NCBI GenBank assembly: GCA_016748015.1
Contig: JAAOMT010000176.1
Location: forward strand, 234,434-298,433
DNA from: Geosiphon pyriformis uo1
Lineage: Eukaryota; Fungi; Glomeromycota
DNA length: 64,000 nt
Direction of reading: 5' to 3'
In this document: piece by piece, positions 12,537 to 23,769 of the stretch
How the letters are laid out: each line of letters opens with the position of its first letter
How positions within the stretch are numbered: position 1 is the first letter of the stretch
Made by a program: the position numbers and the translations under genes
The notes under the pieces: model-generated
What the model saw: only the letters and a program-made list of their open reading frames with translations
Told to the model about the DNA's origin: nothing
The model's database searches: none

Positions 12537-15500
12537 CTACACATTTAAAACAACACAAGGATTACAATCTAAACCTGTGAAAAAAAGACAGAGCTGTTAA
12601 CGACCAAAACTAACAACAAAAGATTTGATGATACCAAGTATTCTAATCACTCTCTTTGATAATACAGACCTAATATAATGTGACAAACCCAAAACCAAAC
12701 TATTATTACTAACCAAACCTGCTCTTTCCATTTTCACTCTATGTTTACATCTTATTAACCAAATTTTAGAGCAATGCAACTCAACCAACCACTTAACAAA
12801 CCCAATAATTACACAGAAAGCCTCTTTTTTTTTATCAAAAATATCAACAGCTTCCTTATATCAGTCTTTAAACACAAACTCCTTGCATAAAACCAAATAT
12901 AAGCCAACATCCAAAGAGCACCAACCAAGAGCCTGCAAATCAGCAGAAGAAGATGGGCCATTGATACCCAACAAAAAAAACCAAAATGCAAAAGCTTCAG
13001 CCAAAACCTCTCCCTAAACTCCAGCATTCAATGCACAAGTAAAAACATAATCAGACAGCTCCATTTCACTACACAACAAACACAATATGCCAGAATACCT
13101 CTTATTATATAATTTTTTCTTAACTGCAATAGACAGCCATCAGTGAACAGCTTTTATCAGATATATATGCAAACCGAAAGATTCCTGACTAGTAAAGCTG
13201 GCAAACATATAAAAGTCAGAATACTATACCTTAGCCATAGCACTCCAGTCTACACACCTAACCAGATTACTTGAAACAACATCCTGGTCAGGACCAGTCT
13301 TCCAACAAGTATGGCAAATAGACTGAAACATATTCTTAACAAAATAACGGGTATTGCCAGACATGACTGTAGCTTCAGCCACTAAAAAATGTTTATGCAC
13401 TTTTATAGACAAAGAAAACTTAGAATATGTAGCATGACCAGTAGCAGCATTAGCTTCCACATTACCCACAACTCCAGAATAGCCCTTGACTTTTATCCAT
13501 CTTACAACAAGATATTTATCTTTAATCAAATTAAAAATGTAACATTTTTCTATCCAGCACGGAACATGAAAATCAGGCACAGCCAAAGACATTTTGGATA
13601 CACATGTATTAATGGCAGTCTGGCTGTCAAGATATAATACCACTGCACAAAAGGATGGAATGCACTTCAATGCCAGAGCAACTGCCTGCAACTCAAATAA
13701 AGTAAAAGACAATAGACTCCAAACCTTAACACCAACACTCAGATTCACAGAAAAAAAATACACAGCAGTACCATCAGCAACATCAGCAGTCTCAACATCT
13801 TTTAACAAACCATCTGTGTAGATGTCAAATGAACCAGACCATATTTCATGCAAACCACTTTAAATATCAGAGAATTCCATAGAATTCAGCACATCTAACT
13901 TAGGTAGAAGACTGCCCCTAACAAGAACAACCAATAAAGAATCCACATTCATCAAAAACTTTGAAACAGTCACAAACCAGAAAGGAACAGAGCCTCTTGA
14001 ATCCAATTTCTTCCAATGACAAAAGGTCTTCTAGTCCATCACATGACCCTTTTTGTCAAACAGCCTATTACTAAAAGCAACACTAAAATGTTTCAATAAG
14101 TGAACTAAGCTAAAGTAAAGAGCATTTCTTAACACAGAAGATATAGGAAACAAACCAGGACTATGAAAAGCACTTGGCAGATTGTTAGCTAAAAACAGCT
14201 TATTATCCAAGAAAATTTTAACCACACCAGCCAAAAAATTGTTCACAAGACTAATATATAACTTAACAGAGAACTGCAAGGGGTTTAGCAGAGCCCAACC
14301 CAGAACCTGCAAATCCAAAAATCTATGATTGAATAAATGCCTGAGAATGCCAGAAGCATTGAAAAATGAAACCACAGCAGCTGATTTGCACTTTGACTGC
14401 AATTGTTCAAAAAACTTCAAGCCATATAATAAGAAGTGATGTAATGTTTCGACTGGAAAATCATGTGGCAAATGCATTTTAGACCTAAAATTTTTCCAAA
14501 CCATAACATTCCACTTGCAGCAAACTCCTAATGAAACAAAACTAAACTGGGTCTTGTAATTGACAATGGGCTGTAGAACAGCCAAAACCAAATAAAAGAA
14601 CTGCTTGTTAGTAATAACTTTTTTGAGCACCACATTGACAAAAAAGTGCACATCTGAATAAGCTTTGGCTACACTTGACTTAGACAACCCTTTGGTAGAT
14701 AAAAAAATGCCCAAGTACCTATGAGCCTTACTTTTTCTAGCTATTGAAATTAGCTGACCACTTATGCTCAAAGAAGTCACCTTAACACCCTAATTAATAG
14801 AAATGGCCACAGTCTTTCCATTGTTGATAGAAATGTCATTGATTGCAAAAAACTCACTAGCAATATTCAGAGCATATTGCATCAATACTTAACAATTACT
14901 AACCCAAATTGTATTATCTATAAATGTATCTGTAACAAAAAAGGAGGATATCCCACCATTAGTCTCAATTCTACCAGTTCTTGCTACAAACTTTGTGTTA
15001 ATTTGATAATCATACAAATGCTCATGTCACTTAACTTTACATAGAAGAGGATCATAGAAAATCTTTTAGAGAAGAGGCAAAAAGATCTCACCCTGATCCA
15101 AGCCATCACAAACCCTGTATTTATCAGTAAGACTGAAATCAATCATAATCCTATTAACTCTATCACCATGTATACTACCAAAAAATTTGATAAACCTATT
15201 ACACATTTGGATCCAACATAAGCTAGCCTCTAAGTGATGTCAACTTACAGAATCATAAGCCTTGCATATGTCCTGAAAAACCAACCAAAGTTCAGGATCT
15301 TTTTCTAGAGCATCTTTGACAACTAAACCAACTGCAAACACTAGAGATTGGGTAAATGTACCTTTAAAATGGAAAAGTTATTACCATGAAGAACACCAAA
15401 CTTGTTGTATACAGAAGAGATCTTATCAGAAAGAATCTTGAAGAGAATTTTCTTGGCAGTCTCAATCAAAGCTATAGGCTGTGTATTTGTAAGAATCCCA

Positions 15501-17074
15501 TCTCAATCATAAGATTTTGGGATCATCAAGATCCAAGTCCTCCTTCACAAAACAAGAACACTACCAACCAACAAACATGCATTCAACAATCTCAAAAAAT
15601 ATCTCAACACTTTATCACTATCATGTTTCCATAGTTTATTAGGAATGCTGAACAAGCCAGCAGCTTTACCATCAGGCAGGCTATTGACAACCAAAAGCAA
15701 CTCACCCAAACTGATAATACCTATTACACTAGAAAAAGCACAATTCTGCACATAATCCAATAGAGCATACTAACAAGCCCAGAGATCAGGCACTATCAAA
15801 GACACTGCCCATTTCCTAATCCAACCTTCCATGATCCTATTAACATTGAGCTTTATTTTTTTAGGTTCTAAAATTAATTTATCATTCACCACTAAGTGAT
15901 CCAGAACCACTTTGTGAAAAGACTAATCCAAAACACTCCTGATCATGCTACCTTTGTCAAAGCAGAAATTTTTCATGCACTTTGAGACTGTTAATCTAAT
16001 AGTAGCCTTCTCAGCCAATCTTGACTTATATATCTTAGATCTTCTGTATTCTTTACAAACCAATGATAAATGTCTAAGAACCACTTCAGACTTTCCACTC
16101 AAGCCAACCAAGTTAGCAAAAGCACAAGTCTTGATGCTATCCAAAGTTGACCATGTCTTCACGAGACAATCAACTCCAGACAAGTTACCTGAACCAAACT
16201 TTTTAACAATTTTGGCAACCAACAATTCCAAACCAAAGAACTTAGAAGAAAATTTATTCTTAGAACAATAAAACTCACTAAATCAATGTCTCAAAAATGT
16301 CTCGTCAGCTGATTTCACCACCACTCTCTCCAAAATTGCTCACATAGCATCCATATTACCATGAGTTTCAGCACCAAAAAATTCATCAGTAACCACCAAA
16401 AGCTTGGCAGAAAGGCAATCCTTAAATCCAGTCCACTTGGGGCCATCAGCATCTTTGATTTTGAACTTCCAACAATCCTTGTTAGTCTGTTTGCACAAGC
16501 TATTCAACCAAACATTTAGGAGTTCACCCAAGCCAATCAAAACCAAAACAGCATTATAATCAGTGTCAAAAAAACCAGACACAGAGCAGATCTGATGACC
16601 AGTGACAGCAAAAGAAAGATTCTCACTAATAAAAATAAAATTGATTGTTTTTTCAACTCTCTGTAAATTGTTCTATGTGAGCACTTTTACTATATGATGA
16701 TTGGTAAATGAATTAATCAAACTCAGATCCAAACAGAACTTGAAGGTTGCACTCCTTTCAGACCCATTCTTATTAAAATTTCTACTCAAAACCACAAAAG
16801 TGCTAAAATTAACAGTTTCTGCAATCACAGAGTTCACCTTCAAAGCTTGACTGAATCTGGTCTCAGAAGAGACACCAGTATACAAATCCAGAACCATGAC
16901 TGAAAGCTTGTCTTTAAAAAAAAGCTGAACCAAAATAATCCGGCCAGAAATCTCCTTGATCTTAGACACATAGTGAGCCAATGAATTGTTCATAATCACA
17001 GCAACCCCAGTGCCGAGAAAATCTTTATTCAAGCCAGATGTGAAAACATACACACCTTCAAACTTATTAGCAAT
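12537..17074 (-). pseudogene. LINE-2 ORF2, 3' part (APE C-term, RT, RNase H, zinc finger)
   Basis: Fragments 16673..17053, 16340..16582, 15923..16231, 15545..15760, 14031..14780 and 13224..13853 are collinear with LINE-1 ORF2. Confidence 0.9.
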
Positions 17075-18055
17075 TGTTACCAGACGAAATTAGAGATATT
17101 ATTTAGCATGAAATTATCTTTATAATTCTTATCATTAATTAGCATATATCATTGTTTCAAATTATCACTTATTATATTAGCAAAATGTCCGAAATTATTA
17201 TTTAATTAATAACCCAATTTGTATATAATACAAATGTAACCTAATTGTGATGATTAATCATGCAATACCCCGAACTATGTAACATTCAAAAAGTTTGCCG
17301 AAATTTGTAGAAATTTGCTGAAATAATTGATAGTTCACCGAAATATCTAATAGTTTACAGAAATAACTTGTAGTTCACTGAAATGTATCTTTAGTTCAGC
17401 GAAATTGTAGAAAATAGCAAAGTTTAAGTTCATAGAATAGTGTTATGACAAGTTGTATAAAAGAAGAGCTTCTTTTTTCGAGGAAATGTATCTTACTTTA
17501 GATTTATCCCTTAGAACTGTTCCTATATACACAAAAAGAAATAAATATCAAATAATTTAAAAAACCAAATTTTTTAATTATTGCACTTGGAAAATCCCCA
17601 AAACCCAACTAACATTTCGAAATTGATTAGCTACCAATTTCAGTAAACTGTTAGTGACTCCAGGCCTGGATAGAAAATGTTTTCTTTGATAAAATTCTAT
17701 TTCTTTTACATTTCTTTTATTTTTCTTTTATTTTTTTATTACAATCATTAGGGTAATCTACAGACAAGATTCCTGTAGAAGAGTTGACTTTCACAGCAAA
17801 GTAACTACACAATTTTTAGTGAGCTTCCAGATGAGCAATTCCTGGGAAAGAGTTGACATTTACTACAACATAACTATACAAAGTAACTGGCATGGAATTG
17901 GCCATTCCATTCATAAGCCCAGCAGTTCAAATTATAGGAGATAATTTGAAGATAAATTCAGTTACTGGAGGTTCAACCACATCCAGAAAATGTGAATTTA
18001 CAACAAACAGGCATTAACAACATTTAAGAAAAGAGACCAAAAACCTCTGGTAACA
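17075..18055 (+). repeat. 5' LTR of Gypsy-A1 (981 bp)
   Basis: Begins TGTTACCAGA and ends TCTGGTAACA (10-bp terminal inverted repeat); matches 25987-26956. Confidence 0.96.
17294..17462 (+). promoter_or_regulatory. LTR U3 array of TTC-N3-GAA palindromes followed by TATAAAA
   Basis: Units at ~17294, 17304, 17314, 17334, 17354, 17374, 17395, 17404 and 17429; TATAAAA at 17456-17462. Confidence 0.6.
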
Positions 18056-18057
18056 TT

Positions 18058-18070
18058 TGGTGCTCTCTCA
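18058..18070 (+). other. Primer binding site (TGGTGCTCTCT)
   Basis: TGG begins 2 nt after the LTR CA and is complementary to a tRNA 3' CCA end; tRNA identity not determined. Confidence 0.8.
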
Positions 18071-20699
18071 TAGAAACCACACAATAAAAACAAATTCAAA
18101 GTGGCAACCACACCAGACACAACAACTCTAGAGTATTACCAGTCAATTTACACCCATTGCAAGCAAAGATTCAACATTCCAGACGGAATTGAAGTTGTCA
18201 AGAAATCAGTATACCAATACATTGAAAACCGCATCAACAATTATCTTTTTGAAAATTACAATATCTTAGAAGTTAGAAGCAACCTTTACAATAATTTAGC
18301 ACACTATTCACAGTTGGAAACTAAAGACCTTAACAGTGAAACACTTGCCACTTACTTTCAAGAACTTAATTTTAACATTATCAAGTACTGTGAAAAAACA
18401 TATCTAGTACAGTCTCAATACTCTATTGATTTTGAATTGAAGACAAAAACAAGCAACAAAGGCAAACACAAATTGAAGCAATACTCAAAAACCACCCCAA
18501 ATACTTCAATACTACCAAAAACAACTGCCAAACACTTACAAACATCTGAACAAGGAACCAGTTCAAAACTTCCACTCACCATCACACCTTTTCCAGCTTC
18601 ACTTGCACAAGCACAAACACCTAATTCACCCTTGAATCAATTTGCGAGACCAAAAGATTTTACATTACTCAGAAGTCCTACCAGACAGCAAGAACCCCTT
18701 CAAACTAGTTCCAATCTTCTTGATTTTCTAGCTGAAAATCAAAGTGAACACTCTGAGACAGCAGCAAATGAAGAAAATGACTCTGAAATAACTGAAGAAA
18801 AATCAATAGACAATGAAAATGAAAAAGATGAAATGACAGCATACATCACAAAAATTCCTGAATTTAATGGAAAAGACATTGAGACCAGTCTCCAAGAATG
18901 GCTTGACCAAGTTACTAAAGCTGGAGATGCAAATGGATGGAATGCTGCCAGAATGTTAAGAACAATTCCCTACTTTTTCAAAAGAACAGCAGGAGAATGG
19001 TTTGAAAACTTGGCCACTCCATTCAATGATTGGGATGCTTTCAAAGCAGCCTTTTTTGAACAGTTCACTGACAATAATATCTCCATCACTCTTCAAAATC
19101 GGTTTCACAATATCAAACAAGAATCCTCCGAATCTGTTATGACTTATATTGGGAAATTCAACAAACTTCTCAGATGAATTCGCCAACTCGAAACAAACAA
19201 TTATTATTCCAATGCTCAAATCTTGGATTAATTTATTGCTGGTCTAAAAGATAAACTAATTAAAAAGGTTTGCCCACATGCCTCAGAAGATTTAAACTCT
19301 GCCATACAGCATGCAAAAAGATACGAAATGGTCATGGAAGAGGCCAATTACACAAAACTTGTAAATTTGGCAATTGGAGAAACCAGCTTAGCAGCTGAGG
19401 AAAAAATTGACCAACTCACAAAGAAGGTTGAAAACTATTTCACCAATCAACAACAACAGCAACCCCAAAAATATCAACCACCCCAAAGATGAAATCAAAA
19501 TAACTTTACACCACTTTCTAATAACCAGCCTCAGGATTGCCATTACTGTGGAATCTCTGGCCACTGGAAAAGAGATTGTAGAAAGCTACAACGAGACCAA
19601 CAAAATAGGAGTAATCAATGTTACCCTCCACCACAGCAATTTTATTATCAACCACCACCACCAGCTTACTATCCACCAAGACTCCAATACCAAAGTAACT
19701 ATTATCAGCCCATCTCACAGCCAATTCAACAGCAATACCAACAACCACTCACACAACATTATCAAATATCTGCTCAAAGACTGATTACACAAAATCAATT
19801 TACACCACAAAATCGATACCAAGTAATCAACAATAGAATCAGTTCAAACAACCAATTGGTTCCCTGAAATCCCACTCAACCAAGACCCAACCATTATCAC
19901 ACTCAACCCAGTTATTTAACAATGCCAGAAGAACAGGATTTTCACCATACTGCACCCTTGGAAGATAGAGCTACAGCACAACAACAAAATCTCTCTCATA
20001 ACCACACCACTATTCCACCAGCCAGAATTGCTGAAAATGCCAATCTTTCTGATATATTCCCTTTCAAATTTGAAGCAAATGAATCACCATTCTTGCTTAG
20101 CAGTGCAGCAGCTAATGAGCAAAAAGCCATCACTACAATGTACACAGAAGCTGAAGCAGAAGGAAAGCCAGTTCGCTTGATCCTAGACAATGGATCCACC
20201 GGAAGCATCATTACCTACCAGTTGATGCAACAGTTAAAAAGAAATGTTGACCGACCAGCTCAGACAGTAATCATTACTGCTGATGGCATGAAAAAGACCC
20301 CAGTAGGAGAAATTGACAATTTTTCGTTCACTCTTGATGGAATCACCATTCCAGTCAAAGTTCTTGTAATAGATGCTCCTCAGTATTAAGCCCTTGTCGG
20401 AAACAATTGGCTCCAAAAAGCCAATGCGAAATTAGACTGGGAAACTCAAGAACTACAAATCTCTTACCAAGGACAACATGTCTGAGTACCTGCCACTTGT
20501 AATACATTCAACAAACACTCCAAAAAAGCCCCGGCTTTTGAATTCGAACCAGAAGAAGAAAAACCAATAATTGAAACATTCATGGCTCTTGAATCAACGT
20601 CTAATTGGGCTGATAAAACTGAACAAAAACATTTTACCTCACACTCTGAACCCAAAACCTCTGGATGGAATATCCCTTACTCAAAGCCTGAACCAAAGA

Positions 20700-21330
20700 A
20701 ACAATGCCCCTACATTCTCCTTAAATGTAAGGACTGCCACAAGAAACTATTGTCAATAAAAGCCTGCATTTCACCTGAAGAAAAATATAAAAATCATACT
20801 TGTTATTACTGCAAGGCTTGCCACAGAGAATGATAGGGCCATCTAATAAAAAAAAGTGGAAAATGGGACAACACTCCTTGTTTAACTTGTGGAGAGATGC
20901 TACCAGAAGAATGCAATTGGATTGATGTAGCAATAAGAGGAGGAGTCTGTGATCAAACCTGCCAATATGTTTTATCAATTTTAGAAAAAGTCAAAGGAGG
21001 AACACCCTTTGATGCAGCATACAACAGTGTTCTCAACAAACTGTACCATTATTCTTATGATGCCAAAATGATTTTCGACCTAGCAATGGCTTTAATCAAT
21101 GGAGCCACTCAAGAAAATGTTCGTCAAATGAAAGAATCAGAATACATTGCATACACCTTTGAAATTGCTGGATACAACTACAAAGATGAAATAGAAATAT
21201 ATTACCAAATTGCCAGTCACACTTATCCGACCAAAGAAGCTCAAGCTCAATGGCTAGAGCAAATGAATGTTAAATTGTGTGAAGAATGCATAATGCCCTG
21301 TGATGAGCAATGGTGCCCTGAATGCTATGC
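20700..21330 (+). other. Multi-CxxC cysteine-rich domain between protease and dUTPase
   Basis: CKDC, CKAC, CLTC, CDQTC, CEEC and CPEC; homologous remnants in Gypsy-A2 (~36370-37000) and Gypsy-B1 (~51640-52350). Confidence 0.8.
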
Positions 21331-21479
21331 TCTTAGCATTCTCCTGCCCAGTGAAAATGATGAAAACAAAATTGAATTTGAAGAACCTGAAGCAACAGAA
21401 GAAATTGAAACAACACCCATTTATCTTATTGAAAGTCAGCCTGTCTTACAACTCAAATACTTCAACAACAACAGACAAG

Positions 21480-21880
21480 GAATAAAACCTGAGAAAACAC
21501 ATAAAATTGATGCTGAATATGACCTAAGATATCCAGACAAGGATACTCTTGTTCTCAAACCCAAATCTCTCACAAAAATCAACCTCAAAATTGCACTTGA
21601 AATCCCACCAGGAGCAATGATTCAAATTGCCTCCCAGTCCTCTCTGGTAAGCAAAGAAATTAATGTCAGAGGAGAAATAATCAATGCTGGATATACGGGA
21701 GACATTATAGTGATGCTTCAAAATAAAACTGACAAATTATTCAAGATCGAACATGCTGAAAAAATTGCCCAAGCTATTTACCTATCCCTAATCAACATTT
21801 TGGGTTTGCAACTAGTTAATTAAAGAGAACAATTAGGAAAAAGTGATAGAGGAACCCAAAATTTTGGTTCAACTGGATGA
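21480..21880 (+). pseudogene. dUTPase domain within the polyprotein
   Basis: All five trimeric dUTPase motifs recognisable: DAEYDL, IASQSSL, GEIINAGYTGDI, IAQAI, RGTQNFGSTG. Confidence 0.9.
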
Positions 21881-23769
21881 TTCACAGTTCCAGTTAATAT
21901 AGCTCTTAACACACAGAATGAATTCCACCAGATTCTCAGACTTCTACAACCAATTACCATCTTATTCTTTGAAGAACATCCAGAAATCTACACCTGCCCA
22001 AAGCCAACAACCACACAACAAATTTTTGAGTCCAATGAACAAGTCTGCTTGAAACATAATATTTTGATCCCAAATATTTATATTCCAGAAGGAACAAAGA
22101 AAGTCTAAGTTACTTTTTACAATCCCAACAATTACCCCATAGTTCTATTAAATAACTTAGAAATTAGAGTCATTCACAGTAACATCTTTTAACAAGAACT
22201 ACCCCAGACAGTTCTCAATTTCTCAGAAATCATTGAACATTCACTACCAAAAATCAACCCAAACCTTAGCTCTAAAAACTACCATGTTGTCATGGAAAAA
22301 CTATCTCAAATCAACATGGGACAACTTGAACCACAACAACAAAGCCAGCTCAAAGAGCTAATTACAGAATTTGCCAATATCTTTGCTAAAAACAACAATG
22401 ACTTAGGAAGAACCAATTTGGTCCAACACCAAATTTATACAGGAGATGCCAAACTAAGAAGACAACAGGCATATCAAGTTGCTCTAGAAAGCCACCAATT
22501 CATCCAAGAAGAAGTACAACGAATGCTTAACAACAGGCTCATCCAATCCTCTATGAGTCCTTGGACTTTACCTATAGTGCTAGTTAAAAAAAAATGGAAA
22601 GATATGATTTTGTGTTGACTATCGACAACTTAACAGTATTACAATTGAAGATGCCTACCCCCTTCCCCGAATTAATGACATGTTAGATGCCCTTGGAAAA
22701 TCCAAATACTTTTCAACACTAGATTTAGAAAGCGGTTACTGGCAAGTTGCTATGGATCCCAAAGATTGCCCCAAAACAGCATTCACCATCCAAGACAGAA
22801 ATTATGAGTTCAATATAATGCCTTTCGGATTATGCAATACACCAGCAATATTTCAGAGATTAATGAATGTTGTGTACTAAGAACTTCTTTAGAAGTCAGT
22901 AGTCATTTATCTTGATGATACTGATGTTTATTCTCTATCGTTCAAATTACACTTAAAACATCTGCAAGAAGTTTTTCAACGATTATGAAAAGCAGGACTA
23001 AAACTCAACATCAAAAAATGCTACTTTGGAAAAACAAGCTTGGCCTTCCTTGATCATATTGTTAGTAAAAACGGAATCAAACCAGACCCTGGAAAAATCA
23101 GCGCTGTCAAAAACTTCAAAACTCCTCAAAACACTACAGAACTAAAAAGATTCATAGGATTAGCCTCCTACTATCAGAAGTTTATTAAAAGATTTTCAGA
23201 AATTGCAAAATCTCTCAACCAGCTTACCACCAAAAACGTCAAATACGAATGGACTGCTGAATGCCAAAATGCATTTGAAATCCTCAAAGAAAAACTAATG
23301 ACAGCTCCAATTCTCACTTACCCAGATTTCAGCAACCAATTCTGATTAGCAACAGATGCCTCTTATACTGCCTTTAGTGCTATCTTATCACAACTGGATG
23401 ACAATGGAAATGAGCGAGTAATCACCTATGCTAGCAGAACATTAAAACCAGCTGAAAAAAATTATCCTGCCACTGAATTAGAAACAACAGCTGTAATTTG
23501 GGCCCTACATTATTTCAATCTTTATCTCTGGCCAAAGAAATTCGATATTATTACTAATAATATTGGACTCAAATGGCTTCAAAACAAAAATACTCAGCTG
23601 AATGCAAAACAAATCCGATGGACAGAATTTCTAGCAAACTATTGATACATAGTATATTACAAATCAGAAAAACTCCACACCAATATTGACTGTCTCTCCA
23701 GAATGAGACAAAATTAGAAAACACAAAAAACCAACACTCAACTTAACCAACCAAAACAGCCAACAAACA

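Larger units (their letters stand above)
18101..23717 (+). pseudogene. gag-pol: Gypsy-A1 Gag-PR-Cys-rich-dUTPase-RT-RNaseH polyprotein
   Basis: ORFs at 18101, 19922, 20582, 20897 and 22292 share one frame; one slip in an A9 tract (~22586-22594). Capsid IPEFNG..EWL; CHYCGISGHWKRDC knuckle (~19538-19579); protease LILDNGSTG (~20180); YLDD (~22908); RNase H LATDAS. Confidence 0.93.

Noticed and set aside
22586-22594. Possible programmed frameshift in the A-run before RT
   Set aside because: Slip size differs between A1 (A9) and A2 (A10), and B1 is in frame (VHKKNGK); homopolymer lesion or sequencing error.
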